Source: Halobacteriovoraceae bacterium (lineage in GTDB: Bacteria > Bdellovibrionota > Bacteriovoracia > Bacteriovoracales > Bacteriovoracaceae). From it: a stretch of DNA of 64,000 nt. The translations under genes were made by a program, and so were the position numbers. The notes under the pieces are model-generated. The model worked only from the letters and a program-made list of their open reading frames with translations, was not told where the DNA came from and did no database searches. Below, piece by piece: positions 49,801-59,436 of the stretch; positions within the stretch are counted from its first letter, which is position 1; each line of letters starts with the position of its first letter. Location of the stretch: positions 320,001-384,000 of the forward strand of contig CAVRCF010000002.1 of the NCBI GenBank assembly GCA_963719505.1. Direction: 5' to 3'.

Positions 49801-51406
49801 TATTCAATACGTACAATCAATAGCCAATACTTTGGCCACTGCAATTGAGAGACATGACCTCATAGAGACTAAAACAAGACTTGCTCAAATCGTTAATGGA
49901 TCTAAAGATATTATCTTTAGCTGTAATAGAGATGAAATAATTAACTCTTGGAACCCAGCTGCTGAGAAAGCATACGATATAAAGGCTAAGAATGTTTTAG
50001 GTAAAAGCGTCTCTGAATTTATTCTTGGTAAGTCCGATGTGTTAGGACTTGAAGCTTCTATTAGAAAAGTTCTTCAGGGAGAAAGTTCAGAAGAGATTAA
50101 GTGTGAGTTTTTCAATGGTATTGGAAACAGAGTGGTTCTCTCTCTTAACTTAACGGCAATTAAAAGTGGACGCGGCAAGATTGAAGGAGTCTCATTTGTT
50201 GGACGTGATATCTCTGAAGACTTAAACAATCAAAAACTTTTATTAAATGCAAAAAATGCTGCAGATGAAGCCAATGAACTCAAGAGTAGATTTATGGGAG
50301 TCCTTAGTCACGAGTTAAGAACCCCTCTTAGTTCAATTTTGGGTTATACCAATCTTTTGATAAAGGATGAAAATATAGCGGAGAAAGATAAAGGTGAATT
50401 TCTCGAAAAGGTTATAAAGAATGGTAACCTCTTGCACTCTCTTGTTAGCGATATTCTTGACGTTTCAAAAATTGAACAGGGCAAAGTCGACATAAAAAAA
50501 TCATATTTTAAATTGAAAGACTATATTTCAGAACTGGTCTCTGCACTAAGTGCTTTGGCAGACAAGAAAGGTCTCTCACTTGAAGTTAATTATCTTGGTA
50601 AAATTCCAGACAAAATTAAGACTGATCCTTTAAGACTTAGGCAGGTAATTGAGAACTTAGTATCGAATGGAATAAAGTATACAAATAAAGGGCGAATAGA
50701 AGTTCGAATTACTGTTGAGTCCCAAGATGATGCAGGACATGCTCTTATCATTGAAGTTGAAGATACCGGCCGAGGGATGACAGAAGACAAGATGGCTAAC
50801 TTATTTTCTCCCTTTTTTAGGGCCGAACCAGGTAAGGGAGCTCCAGGTGTTGGACTCGGACTTTATTTAGCAAAAAATTTGGCTTCTCAAATGGGAGGGC
50901 GCTTATCTCTTGTTGAGACAACTGAGTCAAAAGGCTCTACCTTTAAGCTCTTTGTTCCCGTTGATGTTTCCTCAAGCGATGAAGAAACTCCTAAAAAGGA
51001 AAACTCTTTCTCTGAAGTGATTTCAAGCACAAGCTTAAAGGATAAGACAATTCTCTTGGCTGAAGATTCAGAAGATCTTCGAGGACTCTTGACTGCTTAC
51101 TTAGAGTTAGTTGGTGCCAAGGTGGATGCCTTTGAAAATGGTAAACTGGCTTTGGCAGCTCTAAAGAAAAATGTTTACGACCTGGCGATTCTTGATCTTT
51201 TTATGCCTGAAATGGATGGTAAAGAACTAGTTGGAGAGATGAAAAAACTCTCTTTAGATATTCCTGCTATAGTGGTTACGGCCCATGCAATGTCTAACGT
51301 GAGACAAGAGTGTCTTGATCTTGGATTTAAAGATTATGTTTCTAAACCAGTTACTCAAGAGAAACTGGTTGAAACTGTTTTAAAAAACTTAGTAAGTTTA
51401 GACTAA
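46804..51406 (+). pseudogene. CheB-CheR-PAS-coiled-coil-PAS-GAF-PAS-histidine kinase-REC fusion with a +1 frameshift at the A4 run 47833-47836 (probably assembly error)
   Basis: CheB GASAGG/QHL/GTGSDG; CheR GVTYFFRD, GCASGEEAY, then in the second frame VQIFGTDLD, SCRNLLIY; SNEEL repeats; SHELRTP; N/G boxes; terminal REC. Confidence 0.85.
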
Positions 51407-51415
51407 ATTTAAGGA

Positions 51416-51607
51416 CTATTCGGATTTAGAGAATTTTGAATCTAATGACTCCTTTAAAGACTCAGAAAGTTTTTCTCCCACTTTAGCTGCCTGGTCATGA
51501 TCCATGAGGCCTTCGTTATAGAGAAGATCCTCTAACGTACTGTCTGTTTTAGACTTTTGAACTTTACCACCACGAGCTAAGAACTCTTCAACTGTTTCAG
51601 TTTTCAT
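51416..51607 (-). CDS. Small hypothetical protein
   Basis: ATG 51607 after the SD aaggtg; sequence 'ETVEEFLARGGKVQK'. Confidence 0.7.
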   Translation of the reverse strand: MKTETVEEFLARGGKVQKSKTDSTLEDLLYNEGLMDHDQAAKVGEKLSESLKESLDSKFSKSE

Positions 51608-51661
51608 TAAACACCTTTTGATTGGGATACAGGGGATTTCTAACACAATGAAAAGATCCTT

Positions 51662-51689
51662 TAAAGTATTGCTTCACATTTTCCGATAA
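51662..51689 (+). promoter_or_regulatory. Putative sigma28 (FliA) promoter for the M23 peptidase
   Basis: TAAA-N16-TCCGATAA just upstream of ATG 51698. Confidence 0.55.
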
Positions 51690-51697
51690 GTTTTGAT

Positions 51698-53050
51698 ATG
51701 ATAAATTCTAATATGTTGAAATTGTTGCTCTTTGCTGTATTCACTTTAGGCACTCAAGTGTCTTTCTCTAAATCAAATTCGTCTTTTGATACCAAACTTT
51801 CTAATTTTGATACAAAGTCAGGTGTTGTTGAAAGAGGCCAAGGGCTTTTTCAGGCATTAAGAGGTGTTGGAGTTGAAGGCGCTACTGCGCTTGAGGTCAT
51901 TAATGCTTTGAGGGATGAAGTTGAATTCTCCTCTTTAAAAGTAGGCGATGCCATTGAGGCAGATTTTAGCGATGGTAAGCTCTCTTCATTTTCCTTTTCT
52001 CAAAATCCAGCAGAATTCCACCTTTTAAAAAGGACAGGCACTGGTGATAAGTGGGTGTACACTTTTAAAGAAAAGCCCACGTTTTGGTATTCAAAAATTG
52101 TGGAAGGTTCTTTAAAGAAGGGATCAACACTCCAGGCAGACCTTATTTCTCAGGGACTTTCTAGGATCGTTACAGGCGAGGTTGTGAATATTCTTTTATG
52201 TAAAGTGAACTTTAGGCTCAATGCTAGAGAAGGCGATAAATTTAAAGTTTTAGTGAAAGAGAGAAAACTTGGCAATCAGATCATTGAGACCAAGGTGATG
52301 TATACTTCATACAGTGGGACTCGGGCTGGAAAAAATGAGGCTTTTTATTATGATGATGGAGTTAAAGGCTCAACCTTTACAGCTCATTATACCAAAGATG
52401 GCCAGGCTCTTATTCGCTCAGGGCTAAGATATCCACTCCCAAGGCTTCATATTAGATCTCACTATGGCAAGAGAACCCATCCGGTTACGGGAAGAAGGGC
52501 AATGCATAGGGGAGTTGACCTCAGAGGATACAACGGCCAGCCTGTGCGCTCTGTCGCAAGTGGTAAGGTTGTTGTTTCAAGCTATAATAAATTTGCTGGT
52601 AACAAAGTCGCAATAAGGCACAGAGATGGATCAACATCTTACTATCTTCATCTCAAAGGAAGAAGGGTGAGAGTTGGTCAGTGGGTTAGGTCGTATCAAG
52701 TTATAGGATCTGTGGGGGCAACTGGTAGAGTTACAGGACCGCATTTACACTTTGGTTTTAAAAAGCCAAACGGAAGATGGATGAATCCTATGAACAAGAG
52801 AATGATTGCAACTCCGAAACTCACTGGAGCAAGGCTAATGCAATTGGAAAAGCAGGTGCTTGTTTCTGAGTCTTTGATCGATAGTCTCGAAATTAGTCGA
52901 GTGGCAAAATACATTGTTAAAAAAATTCCAAACCAAAAAATAGAGTCTGTTTTTGATTATCTCAACTGGGATGAAAAGAAGCTTTTTAAGACATCTGCTA
53001 GATACCTTGCCCAAACAGAGACAGAGAACGTTTTAACTGTTGAAAAATAG
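51698..53050 (+). CDS. M23 family peptidoglycan endopeptidase (MepM/Csd3-like)
   Basis: HRGVD, YLHL and TGPHLHF motifs; Csd3-like middle domain. Confidence 0.92.
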   Translation: MINSNMLKLLLFAVFTLGTQVSFSKSNSSFDTKLSNFDTKSGVVERGQGLFQALRGVGVEGATALEVINALRDEVEFSSLKVGDAIEADFSDGKLSSFSFSQNPAEFHLLKRTGTGDKWVYTFKEKPTFWYSKIVEGSLKKGSTLQADLISQGLSRIVTGEVVNILLCKVNFRLNAREGDKFKVLVKERKLGNQIIETKVMYTSYSGTRAGKNEAFYYDDGVKGSTFTAHYTKDGQALIRSGLRYPLPRLHIRSHYGKRTHPVTGRRAMHRGVDLRGYNGQPVRSVASGKVVVSSYNKFAGNKVAIRHRDGSTSYYLHLKGRRVRVGQWVRSYQVIGSVGATGRVTGPHLHFGFKKPNGRWMNPMNKRMIATPKLTGARLMQLEKQVLVSESLIDSLEISRVAKYIVKKIPNQKIESVFDYLNWDEKKLFKTSARYLAQTETENVLTVEK

Positions 53051-53073
53051 ATCTCCTTTGCTAATCTAAAGAG

Positions 53074-53697
53074 ATGAAAAATCTCATTATACTTTTATTT
53101 TTAACTTTTGTAACAATCTCTTATAGTAGCGAGCGATCACAAAATAGCGGATGGGTTGGAATTTTTGCAAAAAAAGAACTAACAAAAGAATTCTCATGGT
53201 GGTCAGAAGCCCAACAACGCTACAGTTTTGATCAAGGTGGTGTGGGACAATTCCTCTATCGCACAGGTGGACTTTATCGTTTGAATGACAGTCATGGACT
53301 TGGACTTATTTATGGTTATATAACTACGGGAGACATTAAAGAGCATCGCTGGACGTTTCAACATACTCAGTCCTTTATGAGTTCTGAGTCATCAAAGCTG
53401 TCCAGCCGTACTAGATTAGAATACCGAAATAATGAAGATAGTGACGACGACTCTTGGCGCTTTAGATATTTATTGAGGTTTGATAAAAATGCTGGGGTTT
53501 TCTGGAATGAAGTCTTTCTAAATTTTACAGATGAAGAAGGTGCAGATCATCAAGCTTTCGAGAGAAACCGACTTTTTATAGGAAGAGGATTGGAGCTTTT
53601 TGATTCTAAAGTTGAATATGGTTACTTAAATCAATATGTCCCAAGACAGGATACTTCGATCATTGAACATATCGCTGTTGTCTATTTTTTCATGTAG
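53074..53697 (+). CDS. DUF2490 outer-membrane beta-barrel protein
   Basis: EHRWTFQ, RTRLEYR, RFRY, NEVF, NRLF and GYLNQ motifs. Confidence 0.8.
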   Translation: MKNLIILLFLTFVTISYSSERSQNSGWVGIFAKKELTKEFSWWSEAQQRYSFDQGGVGQFLYRTGGLYRLNDSHGLGLIYGYITTGDIKEHRWTFQHTQSFMSSESSKLSSRTRLEYRNNEDSDDDSWRFRYLLRFDKNAGVFWNEVFLNFTDEEGADHQAFERNRLFIGRGLELFDSKVEYGYLNQYVPRQDTSIIEHIAVVYFFM

Positions 53698-53709
53698 AGG
53701 AGAATTAAT

Positions 53710-54024
53710 ATGGAAATGATTCCCGTTTTTATGATCGTAAATTTAGAAATTAATGATGCTGAAGAATATAAAATTTATGAAAAAGGCTTTTTTCCATTAT
53801 TAAAGAAATATGGAGGATCCTTTGTCACTTATGACGATAACCCCATTCATATGGAGGGGGAGAGTCCAAGACCTGGGCGTATGATTATTTTTAAGTTTCC
53901 ATCTGAGCAAGCTGGTAAAGATTGGTTTGCCGACAGTGATTATAAAAAATTGTCTGAACATCGAAGGGCTGGAACCAAAATGAATTTTTTAACTATGGTC
54001 CACGGTCTCCCACCTAGAAATTAG
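53710..54024 (+). CDS. DUF1330 family protein
   Basis: YGG, EG, FPS…W…Y…R pattern. Confidence 0.85.
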   Translation: MEMIPVFMIVNLEINDAEEYKIYEKGFFPLLKKYGGSFVTYDDNPIHMEGESPRPGRMIIFKFPSEQAGKDWFADSDYKKLSEHRRAGTKMNFLTMVHGLPPRN

Positions 54025-54473
54025 TAGCTAATAAGTATTTGAATGACTCTTACAATTAGAAAGATGGGAATCAAGAAAATAAAAATGCCAAGAAATCCAA
54101 TGAAGAGATTATTGATCCAGCTTTTTGCAACAATACCTTTTTCTTTGCGTGAATATTCGCTAACTAATCTATAGTTCATCTCATTTGACTTCCAAACAAA
54201 ATCAAAAATATCTCCAAAAATTGGAATCATTCCAATAAGCTGGTCAATGATGATATTGAGTGCCATGCGAATAATAATAATTTTAGGAATATTGAGATTT
54301 GTTGCGCGAATGAGTATATAGCTTCCAAGACCTGTCGTGATAAGATCACCAAATCCAGGTATAAGGCCAATAAGACCATCAAAACCAAACTTAATACCAA
54401 AAGGCCCTTGAAATTTTGTATCTAACCATTTTGAGATAATCTCTATGTCTTTGATATCATTTGATTTACTCAT
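54021..54473 (-). CDS. DUF4112 family membrane protein
   Basis: FGFDGLIGLIPGFGD and IPIFGDIFD…N motifs. Confidence 0.88.
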   Translation of the reverse strand: MSKSNDIKDIEIISKWLDTKFQGPFGIKFGFDGLIGLIPGFGDLITTGLGSYILIRATNLNIPKIIIIRMALNIIIDQLIGMIPIFGDIFDFVWKSNEMNYRLVSEYSRKEKGIVAKSWINNLFIGFLGIFIFLIPIFLIVRVIQILISY

Positions 54474-54577
54474 TACAAACCTCTTTCAATTTTAAATGCC
54501 CAAATTCATTGAGATTTTCCATTTAGATAAATAGCTTACTGTTAATATGCTATAATTGCCAAGTTAAAGGAGAGCTT

Positions 54578-55636
54578 ATGATTGATCTTGTCGTTGGTCC
54601 GCCACTTTTAAATAATACATCAACTCAACATATCGAAGATATCTTTGAAGGGATCTCTCTTTTTGAAGCAAAGAAGTTCAACCTTATTGTCTTTAATTTA
54701 GCAGATGTTATTTTGAATGAAAGAGATGTCTCTCGACTCAAAAAATTAGTCAGTAGTCGCAAGTCAAATTGTATTTTTATCTCGACTCAAAAAGACGTTC
54801 AAAACTTTGATGAGATGGAATTTGTCCAAAGCTTTGCGCCAGAGCATATAGATTTATACATAGATGACTCTATTAAAGAACTTCAAAGAAGAAGTGACTT
54901 AAAAAATAAATACTTGGAGCAGTCTAAACAAAAACGGTCCATCCCTTTCTATATTCTTGGAACTTTACTGCTTATAGAGCCTCTTATCAAAGTTATCTTT
55001 TTGAAGATAGATACGGGCTTCAGCTTTGGGAAAGTTTTTGAAGTCGTCACAAGTATTGATGACCCTCTAAAGTTCATTGAGTTTTGGGTCCTCTTTCCCA
55101 TGGCGGGATTAGCACTTTTAAAGCCTGCAGCTATAAGCTTATTTGTGTTCGCTACCGTTCAACTCTACTCGGTCTATAGTTATGTTAATTACGAAAAGTT
55201 TACGTGGCCTTTTGTACAGGAAAATCCTCATATTAGTAGTGCTCTTTTACTTTGCTTAAACCTTGGGATTTTGGCATTCTTTCTTATTCCAGAAAACAGG
55301 AAGCCTTATATCTTTAAGGCCAAAGAACTGTTTAGAAAAAATAAAAGAATCAACTGCCTTTTGCGTGCAACAGCCAAATTTGATGGAGGTCATTTGGAGG
55401 TTGAGGTTCTTAATCTTTCTGAGACCGGTCTGATGGCTTCAACAAAAAAGAAGGTTGGTCATGGCGAGAAAATAATTATTTGTATTGATGATGTAAAACT
55501 GCACGGAGAGATTGTAAGGGTCTCTAAAGCGGGTGATTTTTATCAATACGGTATTTTATTTAAAGGGAGAAATTCTGAGGCTGGAAAACTTATCAAAAAA
55601 CTAGAACAGGGGCAGACAATCAATTCAGTCGCGTGA
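54578..55636 (+). CDS. Membrane protein with C-terminal PilZ domain
   Basis: About 4 TM segments, then RKNKR…NLSETG (RxxxR, D/NxSxxG). Confidence 0.8.
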   Translation: MIDLVVGPPLLNNTSTQHIEDIFEGISLFEAKKFNLIVFNLADVILNERDVSRLKKLVSSRKSNCIFISTQKDVQNFDEMEFVQSFAPEHIDLYIDDSIKELQRRSDLKNKYLEQSKQKRSIPFYILGTLLLIEPLIKVIFLKIDTGFSFGKVFEVVTSIDDPLKFIEFWVLFPMAGLALLKPAAISLFVFATVQLYSVYSYVNYEKFTWPFVQENPHISSALLLCLNLGILAFFLIPENRKPYIFKAKELFRKNKRINCLLRATAKFDGGHLEVEVLNLSETGLMASTKKKVGHGEKIIICIDDVKLHGEIVRVSKAGDFYQYGILFKGRNSEAGKLIKKLEQGQTINSVA

Positions 55637-55647
55637 TATAAATAGAT

Positions 55648-56127
55648 ATGACAAATAATGATGTGCTGCGAAGACTCAGATATACCCTCGATTACGGCGA
55701 CCAACAGATGATGGAAGTCTTTTCTTTGGCCGACAAAGAAGTGTCGAGGGAATTACTTAGCAATTGGTTAAAGAAAGACGATCATGATGACTACCAAGCT
55801 CTCAAAGACGTGGATTTGGCCACTTTTCTCAATGGACTGATAAATGAGCTCAGAGGCTCTAAAGATGGTGAAAAGCCAGCTGCTGAAACCGAGTTAAATA
55901 ATAATATTATTCTTAGAAAACTGATGATTGCCTTCACTTTAAAATCAGACGATGTCCTTAAAATTCTTGATATTGCCGATCTTAGGGTTAGCAAGCCCGA
56001 ATTAAGTGCATTTTTTAGAAAGCCAGGTCATAAACACTATAGACCTTGCAAGGATCAAATCCTTCGAAATTTCCTGACAGGTTTACAATTAAAACTAAGA
56101 GATCAAGACGAAATCACTCCAAGTTAA
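55648..56127 (+). CDS. yehS: DUF1456 (YehS) family protein
   Basis: MTNNDVLRRLRY, NNIILRKL and SAFFRK…HYR…DQILRNFL motifs. Confidence 0.9.
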   Translation: MTNNDVLRRLRYTLDYGDQQMMEVFSLADKEVSRELLSNWLKKDDHDDYQALKDVDLATFLNGLINELRGSKDGEKPAAETELNNNIILRKLMIAFTLKSDDVLKILDIADLRVSKPELSAFFRKPGHKHYRPCKDQILRNFLTGLQLKLRDQDEITPS

Positions 56128-56163
56128 TTGACTGGGGATAAACGCCCTTGATATAACATATCT

Positions 56164-56593
56164 ATGCAATCGATGAAATTAAATTCACTGGTTTTTGGTT
56201 GTTCTGGCCATCAGCTTTATAGCAATGCTTGGCAGTCTCTTTTTTAGTGAAGTTATGAGCTATACACCTTGTGTTTTGTGCTGGTATCAAAGAATCGCCT
56301 TATATCCACTGGTGTTTATCTTTTTAGTTGGATCTTTTCAAACGCCCCGCGCGACTTTTATGTTTTCCGCCCCACTTGTCTGTACCGGATGGATCATTGC
56401 CTTATATCATAATCTTCTTCACTACGGCATTGTCCCTGAGTCAGCTTCTCCTTGTGTCTCTGGTGTGCCCTGTTCGACAGTTTACATCAACTGGTTTGGC
56501 TTTATAACAATCCCACTACTGTCTCTTATCGCTTTTAGTCTTATAGGATTCTTACTCATTTTGTTAAATAGGAAATACACTTATGAAAAATAA
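56164..56593 (+). CDS. Disulfide bond formation protein DsbB/BdbC; apparent frameshift near 56190-56210 separates the ATG from the main ORF
   Basis: GSLFFSE, PCVLCWYQR and second Cys pair (PCVSGVPC). The promoter TTGACT-18-TATAAC points to ATG 56164, which is out of frame with 56195. Confidence 0.85.
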
Positions 56594-57236
56594 AATTGCT
56601 ATTTTTGGAGCTAGTGCTCTTGCACTCGTTATTCTATTCATCTTGGGGGCGCGAGCTTACAAAAAGGGACAAATGGAAGCTTATAGTTTCTTGGCCATTG
56701 GTAATTCTGAAGTTTTTGTCAGGGCTCATTCTCCGATCTATGGTCAAAAAGAGGCTAAAGTTTATATCACTGAGTTCTTGGATCCTGAGTGTGAGAGTTG
56801 TCGAAGGTTCTATCCAGAGGTGAAGGAGCTTTTAAATAAGTACCAAGGAAAAGTTCAGCTCGCGGTAAGATATGCAACCTTCCATAAAAACTCAGAGCTG
56901 GCAGTTCGTGCTTTAGAAGCCGCTAAGATGCAAGGAAAGTATTGGGAGTCTCTTAGTCTTCTCTTTGAAAAACAACCAGAGTGGGGCAATCATCAAAATC
57001 CAAAACCAGAGTTAATATTTGTTTATCTCAAGGAGTTAGGGCTAGATATTGAGCGCTTAAAAACGGATATGCAAAGAGACGAGATCAATAAAATTTTAAT
57101 GATTGATGAGCAAGATATGATTAAGCTTGGAGTGCGTGGAACTCCAACATTTTTTGTCAACGGAAGGCCTCTTGAAAGTTTTGGTATGGAGTTCTTAGAA
57201 AAAGCCGTAAACGAAGAAATTGACAAGCTCTACTGA
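56583..57236 (+). CDS. DsbA/BdbD family thiol-disulfide oxidoreductase
   Basis: EFLDPECESC and GVRGTPTFFVNG motifs. Confidence 0.92.
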   Translation: MKNKIAIFGASALALVILFILGARAYKKGQMEAYSFLAIGNSEVFVRAHSPIYGQKEAKVYITEFLDPECESCRRFYPEVKELLNKYQGKVQLAVRYATFHKNSELAVRALEAAKMQGKYWESLSLLFEKQPEWGNHQNPKPELIFVYLKELGLDIERLKTDMQRDEINKILMIDEQDMIKLGVRGTPTFFVNGRPLESFGMEFLEKAVNEEIDKLY

Positions 57237-57271
57237 GAAGGTAAAGCGGCAATCAGTTTCTTGGAGAGTGT

Positions 57272-57652
57272 ATGAGAAAGCTATTCATTTTATTTTTTAT
57301 TCTTGGTTTTAGTGGGGAGAGAGACTTAAAGAAAGGATCTAACCTTTTGATCGAAAATGACGAGATCTTGAGAGTTGATTGTCTCGATGAACTTTGTATT
57401 GATAAAAAAGAATCTCATTACACTGATATGCAAATTAATGATCTTTTGTTACGGCGATTCTCATTTGAAATTGAGTCTCTAGATAAATTGATTATAGATA
57501 ATCCAAAGAATGAAACTCTGTTCCAAAAAAGAGAGAAGCTTCTAAAATACAAAGAGGCAAACCTGCCCAAAAGGGTTAGGGCTGAAATTTTAAATAAAGA
57601 AGATCTTGAGTTTAGAAGTTATATCTTTGCCGCGACAGATTCGCTAGATTAA
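57272..57652 (+). CDS. Hypothetical secreted protein
   Basis: SD ggag and a hydrophobic N-terminus. Confidence 0.55.
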   Translation: MRKLFILFFILGFSGERDLKKGSNLLIENDEILRVDCLDELCIDKKESHYTDMQINDLLLRRFSFEIESLDKLIIDNPKNETLFQKREKLLKYKEANLPKRVRAEILNKEDLEFRSYIFAATDSLD

Positions 57653-57653
57653 G

Positions 57654-58010
57654 ATGAGCTTCACAATGAGAGTCTTTATTCTTATGACAGGACTGATCTT
57701 TATGAGTAATAGTGAGCAACTTGAAAAATACCATTGGAAAAAGAGAATTATTCTTTTAACATATTCAGATGTATCGAATAAGAAAGTCCTTGAACAAAGA
57801 AAGATATTTGAGCAAACTCCTGGTGAAAATAAAGAGAGAAAGCTTATTCTCATTGAAAAAGTGAAAGAAGATATCGAGTTTAAATTAGATCTTATTGGGT
57901 TAGATGGTGGGGTGAAGAAGAGCTTCAAAAATATTGTTCCGATGAAAGATCTTTTTAAAATAATAGATTCCATGCCGATGAGGGCCAGTGAATTAAAAAA
58001 GCCCCGCTAA
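57654..58010 (+). CDS. DUF4174 family protein
   Basis: WKKR, LIGLDGGVK and IDSMPMR motifs. Confidence 0.85.
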   Translation: MSFTMRVFILMTGLIFMSNSEQLEKYHWKKRIILLTYSDVSNKKVLEQRKIFEQTPGENKERKLILIEKVKEDIEFKLDLIGLDGGVKKSFKNIVPMKDLFKIIDSMPMRASELKKPR

Positions 58011-58019
58011 TACGAGGCT
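57995..58019 (-). terminator. Intrinsic terminator for the minus-strand secreted-protein cluster
   Basis: Minus strand reads agcctcg-tattag-cggggct-tttttt. Confidence 0.65.
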
Positions 58020-58046
58020 CTTTGACTTTATTAATTTGTATTGATC

Positions 58047-58568
58047 TTAGTTTCCACCCATATAAATTTCTGGCTCATAAGTAGACTCAGAAACAAATAA
58101 CCTATTGGCGATGTAAACAAATGCCACTGCACTAAGAAGAAATATTGAAGCATCTAAAACACCACTACCTGTTGTAAGGGAGAAGTTTGCACCTTCTCCA
58201 ATAAGAGCTTCACTCATTAATTCTGGACTTGCCAAGAATAATTCAAGATCCTCTGGTGAAGACGTCTCTAAAACTCTCAAGTATGCTTCTCTCGTTTCTG
58301 ACTGAGGTATTTGCTCAATAAGGATGTTGAAGCTCTTGATAAGCTCTTCAGTTGAGGAAGCCTCAACAACGGCACGAATCTCTTGCTTCATTTGAGCTAG
58401 AGTCTTCGCCTTAAACTGATCATCATGGGCCATTGGATGGCTCGTTAGCATATAGTCAAACTTCTCTAAGGTCTGGTTTAGGTTGAGGTCTGTATTTGCA
58501 TATGGCTGTGCTAATGCACTTACAGAGAAAAATGCTGACAAAATAAATGATTTAACTGAACTGATCAT
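58047..58568 (-). CDS. Secreted helical protein, paralog A (GEGANF followed by a hydrophobic helix)
   Basis: Signal peptide ALA/QPY; clear similarity to 58596-59354. Confidence 0.75.
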   Translation of the reverse strand: MISSVKSFILSAFFSVSALAQPYANTDLNLNQTLEKFDYMLTSHPMAHDDQFKAKTLAQMKQEIRAVVEASSTEELIKSFNILIEQIPQSETREAYLRVLETSSPEDLELFLASPELMSEALIGEGANFSLTTGSGVLDASIFLLSAVAFVYIANRLFVSESTYEPEIYMGGN

Positions 58569-58595
58569 AATTTTTCCTTCTATATTGATATTAAA

Positions 58596-59354
58596 CTATT
58601 TCTTTTTTGATCTATAAGATGCAACACCAGTACAAGAACCTTCATTTCCTTGGACTGAGTTTCCATTTTGAGTCGTATAAGTGTAGCGCTCAAAGCTATA
58701 AAGGAATCCAAAGAATTCACATGTATCAGGTCTTGGGGATTCTGACTCGCATCTCATTTTTGCATCTGCTTTCATATTATTTCTCTCAGCAGAAGAAACA
58801 TATTGGTTAAAAGTGTAATCCGCACAGTAAGGAACGTCCTGAATAGTAACAGGGTAACTAGCAAATCGAGGTCTATTTGATTTTACAATCGCATTAATCA
58901 TGACAAAAAGAATAAGGCCCGTCATGATGATATAAGTAGCAACGATCAAGGGTTCATCTGTGATGAGAGCAAAGTTTGCACCCTCACCAGCTAAAGCGTC
59001 ATTCATAAGTGCCGGGGCACTGATAAAAGCGAGGAGCTCTTCTTGAGTTGAGTTTTTTAGGACTTTTAAGTAGGCTTCTCTTTTAGAACGCTGAGGAATT
59101 TTTGCGATAATTTGTTCAAAACTCTCTTTTACTTCTTCTTCAGATGAACGAGATAAAGAGGCACTCAATTCCTCTTTATACTTTTTCAAATTTTCATTTT
59201 GAAAGCTATCTTCGTGTGCTTGAGGGTGAGCGGTAAGAATATAATCGTACTTCTTTACGATGGCACTCGGAGATAAATTTATCTGAGAGTAGGGTTGTGC
59301 TAACGCTGTAAAAGAGAAGGTTAGCATGAGTATTAGAGCTGAAAGAGATCTCAT
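58596..59354 (-). CDS. Secreted helical protein, paralog B, with extra Cys-containing C-terminal domain
   Basis: ATG 59354 after the SD aagga; ALAQPY, YDYILTAHPQAH and GEGANF. Confidence 0.75.
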   Translation of the reverse strand: MRSLSALILMLTFSFTALAQPYSQINLSPSAIVKKYDYILTAHPQAHEDSFQNENLKKYKEELSASLSRSSEEEVKESFEQIIAKIPQRSKREAYLKVLKNSTQEELLAFISAPALMNDALAGEGANFALITDEPLIVATYIIMTGLILFVMINAIVKSNRPRFASYPVTIQDVPYCADYTFNQYVSSAERNNMKADAKMRCESESPRPDTCEFFGFLYSFERYTYTTQNGNSVQGNEGSCTGVASYRSKKK

Positions 59355-59436
59355 TGTAGTTCCTTTGTTAATAATTTTTTCAATTGATAACACAGAAAGT
59401 CATGTTTTGAGACCAAAGCTATAATTTTTGTAAAAT

